Source: Cladosporium halotolerans
Taxonomy: Eukaryota
DNA: 64,000 nt
Assembly: GCF_011745625.1 (NCBI RefSeq)
Contig: NW_027191462.1
Span: 1 to 64,000 of the forward strand
Direction of reading: 5' to 3'
Part shown: positions 34,190 to 47,212 of the stretch, one piece after another
Numbering within the stretch: the stretch's first letter is position 1
Layout of the letters: every line of letters starts with the position of its first letter
Made by a program: the position numbers and the translations under genes
Notes under the pieces: model-generated
Seen by the model: the letters and a program-made list of their open reading frames with translations, nothing else
Databases searched by the model: none
Told to the model about the DNA's origin: nothing

Positions 34190-35226
34190 GCTGGAGGCGT
34201 ACGAGCGAGCCAGCTTGATCGATGTGAGGGGGTGATAGGCCGGAGTGGCAGGTCTGGGTGGTGATCGGAAGCGAAGTGAGTCCTGCGAGGGGACTCTTCA
34301 AGAAAGAGGATCGAAAGTTTCTCTCTCCGTGTGGTGAATAGCGGTCTCCGAAAGGGTATGCCAACGAGGTCGTGCAGCGCGGTATAATAAAGCGTCGGTG
34401 AAGCGGGTCCAGCGAGCGAGTGGCCGCCTTGTAGGTAGGTATGCGCCGGGCTATCCGGTCGTCGCAAGAGATCCCTGCTCCTCAGAACACCCGTCTGTCC
34501 TCAACCGACTCCCTCGCCAGCGCAGCAGTCTCTCCACTCCGAGTCTCGAACCTCCAACTCTCTCTCCAGCGCCAGCGCAACAGCGCCCAAAGCCCGAAAG
34601 CGAGACCTGACGAGACGAGACGGCGAAGCGCGGGGTTCCAGCGGTCCCACTCGTAGCGCGCGCTCGCGGAAGAATAGCTAGCGATGCGGTCGTAGAGACA
34701 GAGCGAAAAAAGCAGGCGGCGCAGAGACACTTCGTGGTAGCTAGTTTTGCCAGAGACACAAAAAGAGGAAGAGGAAAGTGGTGCGCCTGCGCCGGGCGCT
34801 GGCGCGAGGGGCAGCTCTGGCTGTGATGGTGGGCGCGCGTTACGTCGTGGACCAGCCACCGCCGGCAGCCGAAGTGGTGGCTGGAGGTGCGGGAGCGCGC
34901 TGGCAAGCCGCGCAATCAATCATTCGCCCGTCGCCGTAGAGCGTCTGCGCTCGCGCCCAAAGCCCTGGTGAGTTTGTTCGGATATGCGTAATTGTATAAG
35001 TCGGTGTCTTGCTGGCCATGCGGATGTGCTGACCGCAAGTCGATGCTCGTGTCACTCATGGGTTGCAGGGTCGCCGGCTTGCTGCATGTTCATCCTAACT
35101 ATCCCGCTCGACACCGATTTTGCCTGTGTTCAACGAATCGTCACAGCTTGAAATATAGTAACATTATCATTACATCCCTGTATGATCTACAATCTTCCAG
35201 CCTCACCGGCCGTACCTGCTCCCGAG

Positions 35227-36845
35227 CTACCGCTGCCACTTCTTGCTCTTCATCACAGTAGTAACCGCGTGCCTGACAACCACGCCTGCGCGCTCGACGT
35301 CTCTCTTCGACAAGCCAGTCGTGATGCAGACCTTCAGCGCCGGCTGCGGCCGCCACTCCTTCGTGAGATCCTTGGGTGTTGCGCCCAGAGCTAGGGGCAT
35401 GGCCTTGAGGCGCGTGATGAGGACACCGTTTGCGAGAGCCTATAAAGTAATCAGTATTCGTCCAGTGATGTGTATGAATATAGAATCAAACATACCTCGT
35501 CAACGCAATCCTGCAGAAGCAGTTCCTGATCCAAAATGCTCAAATTGCGTGCCTGCACATGCTCGTCCTTGAGAACGAGCAACATGACAGGGGCTTCGGG
35601 GGCACTGGTGCAGCGGACCCAGTCGCTACGTGGATCGAGCTGCGCGCGCATCGTGACGATGTTCTCCCGCAGGCCCTGGATGATGCTCGGCTGTTCTTGG
35701 AGCAGCGCGACTGTTTCGGATGCGGTGGTGGCCAGGAGAGCAGGCAGAGCAGCGGAGAAAGTGTACGAGGCGGCGGACAGGCGTTGGTGCTCGACGACCT
35801 CATCTGAGCCGGCGCAGAATCCGCCACCAGATGCGAGCGCGCCGGCCAGCCCGCCGATGAGCAGGTCCACGTTCTCCGGGTCGACGTTCTGCTGCTCGGT
35901 GACGCCGCGGCCGGTGCGGCCGAGGATGCCGTAGCTCCAGGTCTCGTCGAGGATGACACGGAATTTGTACTTGAGCTTGAGTTCGATGAGCTTAGGCAGG
36001 TCAACGACGTCGCCGACATTCTCGAAGAGGCCCTCGGTGACGATGAAGCGGCGAGTCAGAGGCTTGCCCTGGCCTTCCTTGACCACGCGCTGCAGCACGC
36101 GCTCGAGGTCGGCCATATCGTTGTGCTCATACCAGCGCACCTGCGAGCGGCTGATCTGCAAGCCCTTGCGAATGGGGTAGTTGACAGCCTTGTCGGCAAC
36201 AATGATGTCGCCGCGCTTGCTGAAAGCCGGGATGACGGAGCTAATGGTGCTGAAGCTCTGCGCGTAGATAATGCAAGCCGGCACGCCCAGGTGCGCCGCG
36301 ATGTCCGCCTCGCTCTTCATGTGCACGTCCTGCGTTCCGTAGAAGCCTGGGGGCGAGCAAGGGCCGACGCCGTAGGTGCGCACGGTGTTGACGGCCTTGT
36401 TCAGCAAGTCTGGGTTCGAAGCGAAGTTGTAATGGTTGTAGCTGGCGAGGTTGGTCACGGTCTTGCCGTTCTGCAGCTTGGTCTTGGGGCCGGCGGGGCC
36501 GGCGATGACGGGTCGCTTGTCGTTTTCGATTCTCTCCAGTTCCGTCTCTTCGTTGGCGAGCGGCTCTGGCGTCCAGTCCTCCACCAAGTCGTCGATTTCA
36601 TCTTCCGTCAGAGGCACGTGCTTCGCTCGGTTGGTGCTGTAGGAGGGTGCGAGGAGGTATCGGACGGCGAAGATGACGAGGAAGAGTTCCACTGCGGAGC
36701 GGACGGGATCGTTCTGGTAGGAGGATTGGATGTAACGGATGAAGATCGCCGAGCCAGGAATGCGCTGGAAGGCGGCGGAGGCGTTGTCGATGAAGTTGAG
36801 GGCCGAAGTGGGCAGTTCAGCGCCTTGTAGGTAGGTGGAATTCAT
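35227..36845 (-). CDS. LCB1: Serine palmitoyltransferase subunit 1
   Basis: SYQNDPVRSAVEL, DEIDDLVEDWTPEPL, YGVGPCSPPGFYGTQDVH, AFSKRGDIIVAD, HQRLSAASYTFSAALP. Intron 35495..35440; the last exon ends ...KKWQR* at 35227. Confidence 0.95.
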
Positions 36846-37699
36846 GTCGCTTGATCGGGCGCGCGCGGGCGCAATCGTCTCGGACGGTGTGATGATATCA
36901 ATTGGATGTCAGGCCTATCGTTCGTGCATCATCCGGCCGTTGCCGTTGCCGTTCCAGCGGGGTGTATCTTCAATGCCGGAAGTCAGTTGGTGTATGGCTG
37001 CCCTCCGCCCCTATGCCCTCCAAATCCCAAAGCCAGCGCCGTGTAGAAACCCTGGCACATGTCAACTAGGGTTCCTGCCGCCGCCGCCAGCCGAGATCCG
37101 CCGCGTTAGCTTGTCCATTAGCGCGTTTCAACGCGCGACGCGTCGTCCTCGGCGGCTATAAAACAGAGTCGACGACAATATCTGGGCGCGGACTTTCTGA
37201 ATGGCGACATTAAACATAACAGCAGCTATCTACTACTAGTAGCACACATTCAGAGTGCTCAGAACATTAAGTTCGCCATGCAAAGGCACGAACGCAGGGA
37301 CCTGCTCTCTCAAACGCCTGTTCTCGGCAAAACCCACGCTTACAGCCCAGTAACCGTTACGTGCGCGGAACCGCAACGAAAAGCCCATGCACGCGAATTT
37401 TTTCGCAAAAGAAAAGAAGAAGAGAAAAAATAGCAAAGAGAACAGAAAAATGGCAAGTCTGTCCAGCTCGCCTGTCTGAAACGACAGTGGGTATCCTTCG
37501 CTGTGTGTTGATCCAATTTCGCCCTCCGCGTAATTCCTTGCCTTCGGGCCATCCAGCGCTGCCTGGCTGGAGGTGTTGCGCCAGCTCCATGAGTATTTCC
37601 GCATTACGGCGCTCATATAGCGCGATCGTCAGTCGTCATTGGTGTGATTTGTTACCGTGATGCTCGTATGCATTTATGCCTCACGATTTTTGAACTCTA

Positions 37700-38902
37700 T
37701 CACCTGAGTTCGCCGCCCAGCTCCATGCCCGAACCCTCTCCCTTGTTTTGACGGACCATGTTCGGGCTAGATGTGGGTGGCATGAGTGTGTCGAAGTTGA
37801 GCTTGCGTCGCGCCGTAGCCGTGCTCGGAGTCCTACCCGCGAGAGGCGTACGAGTCCACGGCGCCTGCGCAGGGCTGGGCGTGACGTTGACAAAGTCGGC
37901 AAAGTTGAAATTTGTGCTCGGAGTCTGAGGGCCGAAGCCGAAGAATGCACTTCCACTTGTTCCTGGCGTCATATGAGACGATGGCAGGGGAGTGGACTTG
38001 CAGGGTGGGGTGGACGGTGGCTGAGCGTGAGCGGCCCTGATGGTTCTGCTGTTGCCAGCTGACGGCGAGTTGGCGAGGTATACCAGCAGGTCGGCGCCCT
38101 CATCATTCGTCTTTGGTGTGCGCGACCAGGAGATGTTCTGTTTCTGCAATCGGCGTTCTGGTGGTGGTGTGCGGGGTGGTGATGATGCAATCCGAGTGGC
38201 TGGGTTAAGGCGGAAGCTGTGCACCGGCAGGTCGGCATCATCGTCTTCGCTGAATTCAGGCGACGGCGGGTCGTCAGGGACAGTCGATGCCTCCGAGATG
38301 AAGGAGAGACTTTGGATGTTGTTTGATGCAAAGTGTGCGTGCTTGGTGTGCTTGATAGGGGATGACTCGGGAAGGTCGTGATTTTTCTTCCAGGTTTGCT
38401 GACCCCGAGCTGAGAATCTGTTTCTACGACCGGTCGCTGCGCCCGACGAGGCAAAGCTGTTGAGGTTCAGAGGTCTCAAGCGCTTGACGCTGCCACCAGA
38501 TCGCAGCTCATCCGAGAACATGGGCGCCGTGAGTGGGGAGGAGCCGAAGCCGCTGCTCGAGTGCAGACGGCTGGATGTGGTGGATGCAGTGTCAGAGATA
38601 GTGTCAACGCTACTGGCAGTCCTCTTTTTCTTCATCCGCTCTTCGACTTGAGGTTCAATGGCGTCGAGGCTCATGTTTTCCCAGCCATTCTGGATCTTGA
38701 CGTTGGCGAGCGCCAGTCGGTCTTGGAGGGCTCGGGTCATCTGGAAGAACGATGTCAATATGGATGCGACCTATGATATGGATTGCGCAAGTAGGTAAGT
38801 GCAGCGCATGCACCGTTGCATGCTGACCTTGGAGACTTGAGCTCTGCGCAAGACCTTGTTGGCGACATCCTGAGGTCGCTCGGTCTGGAATGTAGCCGCC
38901 AT
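37700..38902 (-). CDS. Whi5/Nrm1-like G1/S transcriptional repressor-motif protein
   Basis: Exon 1 38902-38828, intron 38827..38741, exon 2 to 37700. LQDRLALANVKIQNGWENMSLDAIE matches the Whi5-like motif. Many S/T-P sites. Confidence 0.8.
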
Positions 38903-41267
38903 GGCTGACCTGCGAGAAGGCCGTGGTCTGGTTGGAGACGCAAGCGGAGGTCGACGACAGCGGGTCGAGACTGTGCTTAGGATCAGTGCCGTGCTTGCAG
39001 AGTCGTCGGCGGGTCTGGTCAAGGGTGGTGTGAAGTCACTGGCAAAGTGGTGTAAGTGCTTGCAGCGGCAAGCGTTGGCGTGTGACGGCTCGATCTATGG
39101 TCGTACGGCGGCAGGGGTGGGCTAGGTTGCAGCGAATCGTCGATCAGCGCAGGCGTCAGTGCGCGCGCAGCTGTGGCGCCCCTCTTGCGAGGAGGGAGGT
39201 GAGATTGTCTCACCCTGCCCTTTGCTTGCACTGAGCGATATTGCACGTTCAAACTCAATTGACCTCGAGATACTCGCACAAACGCCGGCGCAGTTCGTCT
39301 GCTGGTTGCACGGGAGAGCGCTCGCGTGCGACGGACGGCAGGCCGAGTGCTTCTCGGCGACTCCGCACCAGCTGAGCGCGCCTTGCTTACGGGTCAGCCA
39401 CAGCGACCGCGTTATCATAGCGCCATCCAGCACAGATCCCCTCCGCGCCAATCAAACCCAGTCAGAGCCTCTCGCCGGAGATCAAGGCGCCCAAAACGCG
39501 GCAACGCCTAGTTAGGTTTCTAGGCTATGCTCATACTTGGAAATTGCCCAACGCAAATGGCCCATCCCCGCGACTGTCGTGCGGGGAGGTTGGAAGGGAG
39601 GCGAGACATCTGGCAGCGACCGTTGGGCTCGAGGACGGGCAATATTTGTGCGAATCACCCTGGATTGGACTTTGCTACTACTGTTTCAGTCTGTTGCATT
39701 GATGCTGGGTAGACCCTCCGCATGCTTCCTCAACCACCGTTGAGTTGCCTGGGAGAAGCAGTCTCGAGCCTTCGCTGTATCACTTTCGCCAGCGTGATGT
39801 CTGCGCTGCCCACTTCGGGACATAGGCACTCACGGAGACATAGATGCTTAAATACTTTGTCTGCAGCCTCACCAATCCCCTTTTCTCCCTTTTCTGGGCC
39901 CTGCTACTCTTCTCTATCCCTGATGGATATCCGCAGTGAGCGCAAAGGTCACTTTACGCTCGATGGCTTTCCGCGGACCCCGTCCTCGCGACGTTTCAAA
40001 TTCCATCCGTGTCCATTGAGCAACCTGTGCGCACGCCCGTGACATGATTTCTTATATGATCAGGGAGCTTACCATCGCCCCGTCCGTAGCTAGTTCGCCT
40101 TCAGGGCCACGAAGCCAGGCGCGATGCCACTCAAGCCCTATCACGGCTTCCCCATGCTTAATTGACTCCCCTTAACATGCACCTCGGCCTATTTGTGGGA
40201 ATTGGTGATAGTGATGCACCCGTCGACAGCGCAGCCGAAACGCCCCTCCATATCACGAGAGACATCTCGACCACGTTGTGCGCACAAAGGTGTACGAGGA
40301 TTGCCGAGTCGGTAACGACGGAAGACAGAAGTCACGTGCAAGCATATTCAGGATGGGAATCTTCAAATCAGGATTGTCGAGCGGACGTCACAACCACGTC
40401 CGAACTTCGAGGCCAACGGTCGCCAATGCGCGCCGGTCCGGCGGCACTATTCAAGGCGAGATGACGGCGTGCGCGCAACGGCTGTGGTCAAAAGCCGACG
40501 TCGTTGAACGCCTAAAGTTCGAGCAAGAGCACGCCTGGCGGTGGCGCTCATGTATAGTGGCGGCCGGTGTATGCGGAGATAAGGCGCACATCATGCAGAT
40601 GCACGCCATTCCAACCCTGTGCCACGCATCTGACGCAGCCATCCGTTCGTCGCGACGTTTGTCGTTGGACAAAAGGCGGGATGCAGACCGTCGAGCTCGA
40701 CGCTCTGCGCCCGGCGAGGACGTGGGCCGCGGCGACGAACTAGCGGGACGGGAGCCACAGCAAGGTGCAAGGCTAGAATAGTGGAGTAGGCTGGATAGTT
40801 GGTTGAAGCGCAGGTGGAGTGGGATGCGGTCGTGAGGTACTTGCGTGCTATTCCTATCTCGCATGCACCACTACGCAGGCGTCGTCGCGGCCCTCAACCA
40901 CCCTCGACTCGACTCCCATTCCCGCCTCGCACACGCCACTGCTTCTGCCCGTCAACGACCCTTGAGCGTGCGCCATTCCCCGGCGGGCACCTCGCCATTG
41001 ACGCACCCTTCGCCCTGCTGCCAACCCGCCGTCGCCGCTCCGTTTGCACGCCGAGAAAGGCGTCGTATGCCTGCGGCTTAACATTTACATCGCCCGTCCG
41101 TCGCTGCACCCAGAGACGCACCTGCCCGCCGCGGGACTCGACGCGCTCCCTCGCACACCCTACAAAACCCTCATACCTCGCTCGCTCGACGTCCCGCAAC
41201 CCCGGCACTCCCGCCGCCGACGCTGCATCGCGAGCAGCGAGAGGCCCGCGCCAGCCCACTCGCCGCG

Positions 41268-43801
41268 ATGCCTTCCTTCCTAAAAGATCTCAACTTGCGC
41301 CGCCGCTCAAAGGCCTCGTTTACCACCAGCAACACCCATGCTTCTGATCACAATTCCTCGTCAAGCAATGACGGCAACGACGATCCGCGATCACAGAACA
41401 ATGGCAATGGGAACAAAAGCTCGTCTACACTGAGTTCGTGGTTTGACAAGACGTCACCACCCACGACCTTGGCGTCGTCAGGCAAGTCACATTCGAGTAG
41501 CAATCTCCCATCCATGGGTGCGAACGGCTCCAAGACGCCGCCGCTTCCAGGCGGTAGACCCGGCATGCCACAGCCGAATAGCAGATACAGTCTGGTCGTG
41601 AGTGGGGAGTCAATGTAAAAAGACTAGAGCATGCGTTAACATATGATACCACAGGGTTCCACTAGCGGCGAAAGTATCCCGCGAGCAGCACCGGCCACCT
41701 CTGCTCTGGCGCCTCGTGTGCTATCCGTATCCGACGGATCATGGGTACCAATCTCATACCTACTTCCTACCGCCGAGCAAGTCTGACGTTCCTCCAGGTC
41801 CACCAAAAAGTCCTCCTCATACTCGGCCAGTGCGCCGACCCTTCGCAACCTCTCGACGGACAAGTGACAATCTACCACCACCAAGACAACTTTCCGCCTC
41901 AACAATGGCCGGTCAACGATTGCCACTTCAAAGCGCTTGTCCACCTTCAGCCAGGGCCCAACAGACTGCGCCTCGACTTTACCTCTCCAAAACTTCCTAC
42001 AAACCCTGGACCAGCCCACACGTCTTGGATTCACATCAACTACCTCCCTCTGATATCCTCCCCGCCACTCCAGCTCTGTATCCTTGTGGCCAAAGACTCG
42101 CCGCAGACATACGACGCGGTGCCCGAAAGAGCACAGAAAGAGGGAAACAACTTGGCCACCGCGGTGCGAAAGTTCCGCATGGCAGCGTACTTGTGGCAAG
42201 CGTTTACGGCAGAGCAAATGAACCGCAACGCCTTCGGGCGGAGATGCTACAGATACGAGGAAGAGTGGCAGCCCGGTACATTGACCTGGAAGGACATGGA
42301 GACCGGACAGATGAGGAATGAAGCGAAGATCCACATCATCCGCATGGACAAGACTTTGAAAGAAATCCAGGACCTGGACCTCGCACAGCAATACGGCCCT
42401 GCTAAGAACAAGGGTGATCTCTTCTCGATAGCAACGGAAGAGGTCAAAAAGTATTTCCAGCCGAGACCGGGACAGATGCAGTACGTGTCGTGCATGTTCT
42501 TGGATGCCCATTGGGACAAGAAAGCTGGAACGGTGCGCGGGCATGCTGCGCTCGGTGGCGGCAATGATAGCATCAAGCTTGCCATTTTCGGATCGCACTG
42601 CCTGCAATCTTACCCTGCTCATCTGGAAGAGGTCGTGCCGGCCTTCACCGACTGCACAAGAACTGACATAGACTATGTGGCCAACGACTGCAACGAAGGC
42701 GGCAGCAACTGGGAGGCTGCCAACATAGGAATCGGCGCGCACTTGCACGAAACCGGCCACTTGCTGGGCTGCCCTCACCAAGAGTCTGGCGTAATGCTTC
42801 GAGACTATACTCGTTTGAACCGTACCTTCACTACTCGCGAACCGTACTCCACACGGACCAAGCAAGCCGGTCAGCGCCTGTGCTTGGCCAAGGACGAATG
42901 TGCATGGCATCGCCTAGATGCACTCCGTTTCCGCTATCACACTTGCTTCCAGTTGCCCAGCGACACTGTCAACGCTCAGCTCGACCCCAGCATCCAAGTC
43001 TGGACCGTTGACAACGGCACGGTTCTTGCTACCGCCGCGACCGGTGTTGCGTGGATCGAAATCTTCCCGGAAGGTGACGACGTCTGCCACCACTGGGTTG
43101 AATACATCGACCCGGCCGGCAACGGTCCCAGGCAGGTCACCCTCACAGAGCAGGGCCTTCGCGACAGACTGCCCGATGAAAAGAAAAAGCGCAAGCTCAA
43201 GATCGAACTCTTCTCTTGCTCCGGCGCCAAGCACACCATCGAAGATTTCTCACAGCTCGCCTCCAAAGAGGCGCGCGTGAAACTCCCCGACGGCCGCCCC
43301 GGCTTCAAATCCGGCAAGCTGGGCTTCTCGCAGATGGAGGGCTCGCAGCCGCAGGAGTCCATCTTCGGCATCGCCTGGAAGCGCAAGGAGCAGATGCTGC
43401 GCATCAAGGTTTACCACGGCGCCAGTCTCGACGGGATCGAGTTCTGCTACGAGGACGGCCGCACCGAGCTCTTTGGCAAGCGCGGCGGCAAGGCCGGCGG
43501 CAGCACCTTCGCCCTCGACACCCGCATGGGCGAGACCGTTCTGGGCTTCTATCTGCGCGCCGGCGCGTGGATCGACGGCATTCAGATCCTGACGAGCGCG
43601 GGGAGGAAGAGTGAGGTTTTTGGTAACGCTACGGGGGGTTCTGGGTTGGTCTCTTCGTTTTCAGTCCCTCGCAAAGTGACAGCAGCTGACCGTTTTTCTC
43701 ATAGACACACTCTCATCCCACCGAGGGGCTACAGCATCGCAGGCGTCTACGGGAGCTGCGGGCCGTGGCTCGACGGTTTCGGGCTCATCATCACGCGATG
43801 A
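41268..43801 (+). CDS. Zinc metallopeptidase with C-terminal jacalin-like lectin domain (YIL108W-like)
   Basis: Exons 41268-41597, 41655-41744, 41798-43644, 43705-43801. HLHETGHLLGCPH zinc motif and GHAALGGG. C-terminal LDGIEF/GAWIDGIQI/GVYGSCGPWLDGFG jacalin-type repeats. Confidence 0.9.
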
Positions 43802-44677
43802 ACGGGTGCTTTTGATCGTTTCTTCTTCGACCTTTTCTCAGTTTCGAACGTTTCGGGAGGGTCGCGTGCGCTCCGTCTGCGGACACAGCGTTTGGAGTGC
43901 GCAAACACACGATTCGCAACAGCTCTGCCCACATCAAGCGGCAGAACATCACAGTAAACCTAATACCAAACGGAAAAGAAGCCGGCGAGCGCCACCGCAC
44001 GCTCGGACTGCTCGCTGCGGCTTTTTTCGTCGTCTTCAAGGACAAGTAATGGATTTGTGGACCCGCGTCCCGAGTCCGGAAGGGTGCTATCATCAAAATT
44101 CAAGCGAGAGACCGGGATGGTCGTTCAAGGCAACACGGCCCGGGAGAGGGCTTAATAATCGTTGGAATTTGCGCCTCATGGGCCGGTTTTGAGTTTCAGA
44201 AGTGAGAGAAAGAGGTTCAGCTCAGCATTGTCGATGGCAACAGGCAGGTAGATACCCGGCAGCAATACGGTAGCGATACTGGGAGCGGGGCGCTGGGGTG
44301 GGGAAGTAGGAGAAGTAACAGTAACAGAGAAATGCAAAATGTCGGAAGAGAATCTCTCTATGACATGGTGAGGACAATCGGAGCAAGTGTGTCGGCACGT
44401 GGCCCGTCAATTGAGGAGGCGTTTGGCGTCTGACGTTCGATTTGTCGTGAAGATCCTAGGTGCACGCGTGCAACTATTTCCCTCCCTCTAGCCACATAAC
44501 CACTTGCACCCACCCGCGAGCGAGCAATCAAGCAAGCAAGCAGAGCATCTTTCCCATTCCTTCCTACGCACGCCGCTTCTCTCTATCTCTTCCCCCTCGT
44601 CTACAAAACTTTCGTCCCCAACCTGCGTTCCCAACAACCCAAAATCCTCAACCTTCCCCCTCACTGCTAGGCATATC

Positions 44678-46761
44678 CTACGCAACGCCCAACCCCTCAA
44701 TAGCACCCTGCTCATTAATAACCTTCCCAGCAAGGGAATACGACGCGCGCCAGCGCAGCTTGACCGCGCCGCCGCTCCCGCGCTCGACGCCCTGCACGCG
44801 GATCGTCTGCGTGATGCCCGCCTGCTGCTGCGGGGCCAGGCTGCGGCCGGACTGGGGGTCGAGCTTGAGCGTGTAGCCCTGGGAATCATTCACGTCAGTT
44901 TCATCTTCAGCCATCCCTAGGGGAAGAGGGGGGGATTTACCTTTGTGACGGCGAGCTGGAACGTCAGGTCGTCGATGGGCTGGGCGGTGGCGTTGGAGAT
45001 GCGCGAGGCGATGGCGAGTTCGGAAGCGTTCGGGCGCGTGACGGCGAATGTGGTTTTGATCGCGCTGTTGGTTACGATCAGGTCGTGCGGCTGGTCAGGG
45101 AGGGCGGAGCTGAAGGTCCATTCGTCGTCATTGGCGGCGGCGGGTGCAAGAGGCGCGGCGGTGCTGCCGCCGAGGAGGTCGAGGCCGCTGGAGGATGTTG
45201 GCGCTGGTGCTGGCGCAGCGGGCGTGGGGTGGGATTGGAATTGGAAGGGGCTTCCTGTGCGGGAGCCCGAGAGGGCGGCGAAAGGGTCGGCTTTCTTCTG
45301 CGGCGGGGGCTGGTGCTGTTGCTGGTTGAATGAAGGGGTGTGGGGAGGGGAGGTGGGCCCTGACATGGAGCCGAAGAGGTCGGTGCTTGCGGATTGTGCT
45401 GGAGGCGGCTGGGAGAACATGGAGGGCATCGCGGGCTGCGGCGTTGCTCGTTGCGACTGAGGTTGAGAGAATTGCGCCATGATGTCTGCGGTCCCCATAG
45501 CTGGTGCTTTCGTGGCGCCGTTAGAGGATGAGCCACCGAGGGAGATTCCACCTCCCTCGCCGAAGTTGCCGTCGCCCATGTTCAGTCCTAAGAGATCGTC
45601 TTCCAGAGCGTTTCCTGCTTTAGGGGGAGGCGCAGGCGCAGCAGCTTCCGACGAGCTTTCTTGGGCTGTTGATGAAGTTGCCTCCTGGCTGTCAAAGTCG
45701 ATGAGCGACAGTTCGTTGTCGGGTCCCTTTCGGACACCCGCACCACTAGTGCCGAGAGTTCCTTTGGGAATAGCATTTGCGGCCTCGACATCGCCCTTCT
45801 TGATCAGCTTGTATCGCTCGATGGTACGGTGTATGCTGTCGTTGATTTCGAACAGCTTCGCTACAGCCTCGTGGTCGTCGCTCTCTTCCTCGCACATCTT
45901 CTGAATCTTGGGATGGGCGCTTGCGAGCGCATTTGCCAATTCCTCGAAAACATCGCCCTCCTTGATCTCGTCTCCAGGCTTGTAACCCTGCAGCATCTCC
46001 TCGAGCAACCTCGCTTTTTGCTGAATCTTGGCGACCTCTTCCGCGGCCTTAGCTCGGTAGTCGGTCTTCCTCCTCGTGTCATAGCCAGCCATGACCTTCA
46101 TAAGCTTGTTCGCTTCTTGAAGATCATGCGGCGTGCCTCGTCTGATCAGCTCCTGCAGCTTCGCGCTCTGGGCATCCCTCTCCTCCGCTTCCATCTCTTC
46201 GGCAGACTTCAAGTTGTCCGACGGATTGAGCACAGCGGCGTCTTCGCGCCGGACCTCCGGGAACTGGTATCCTTTCAGGTGAAGCAGCCGGTGCATGTCG
46301 CGAATGAAGCCCAGATCCTCGCGGTACTTGCTCGTCTCGCATATCGTGCGCCGCCATTCTTCAATCAGCTCGAGGATCTTGTTCTGTACACGGGTGTTGC
46401 GGATCGGCGGGCGCTCAGGAAAGCGGCGCACAAGCTCGTTCAGAAAGTCCTTGGTAGAAATCTGCAGGTGGAAGGGGTATCCGCAGTTCTTGACGCATAT
46501 GTCCAGCAACGAGAGGGCTAGAAGGCTGACGTTGGGGTTGCGGTGGTTGATGTAGGTGACGATGGATACGGCGGCTTCGCGTGGCGCGCTGCCTTTCTTT
46601 GCGTTGATCAGGTCGGAGATCTCCAGACACAACGCCAGATTGGGCTCGTAATTCTCGGGCGAGCAGGCATTTTGGATGTAGCGCTGCAGCGGCGTGGTGG
46701 CAGGCTCGCCGGCGAATGCGAAGCGGTCCCTGGCCGCATATCGCGCTGAGGCCGCCTCCAT
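44678..46761 (-). CDS. GGA clathrin adaptor (VHS-GAT-GAE)
   Basis: VHS: EPNLALCLEISDLIN, VKNCGYPFHLQISTKDFLNELVRRFPE. GAT: AKLQELIRRGTPHDLQEANKLMK. Clathrin-box-like SLIDFD. Ear domain split by intron 44940..44879. Confidence 0.95.
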
Positions 46762-47212
46762 GGCTGGCTGAGGGGCAGGTGTGGCTCTGGCCTGCAGGTG
46801 ATGTATGTGGTTGGAACAGGTTGTGAGAGGAGTTCACTCAATTGACCTGTCCAGCATGCCAGCAAGCAAGATATGTAGGCAGATACAGTATGCGCAGGCT
46901 GAGCGGGACGGCCAGCTTTCTCGCTGGGCTACGGTGTTGTTGGAGGCCGACAGCGCTCGGCGCCAGTCCCCACCAGACCCCGAAGCGCGCATGACGTAGA
47001 AATTTACCCTTCAATCTGAGGCCCCAGTCATTGCATCTGCTCGTCACAGATCCCATCTCAAGCTAAGAATTTGGAACAAACAAAACAGAGAACAACAGGA
47101 CATCTTGGCTTTCGACTCATACTGTAAAGGGAGGAGTTTCTCGATAATCCACACCCGGACCACGACATAATCAATCTCTGAAGCGGTACACAACCCCGCC
47201 ACTCACCCAAAG

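Noticed and set aside
41636..42910. Long antisense/alternative-frame ORFs (also 3836-4699, 4250-5077, 21923-22744, 58793-59671 and others)
   Set aside because: Shadows of GC-rich, codon-biased real genes, with no recognisable domains.
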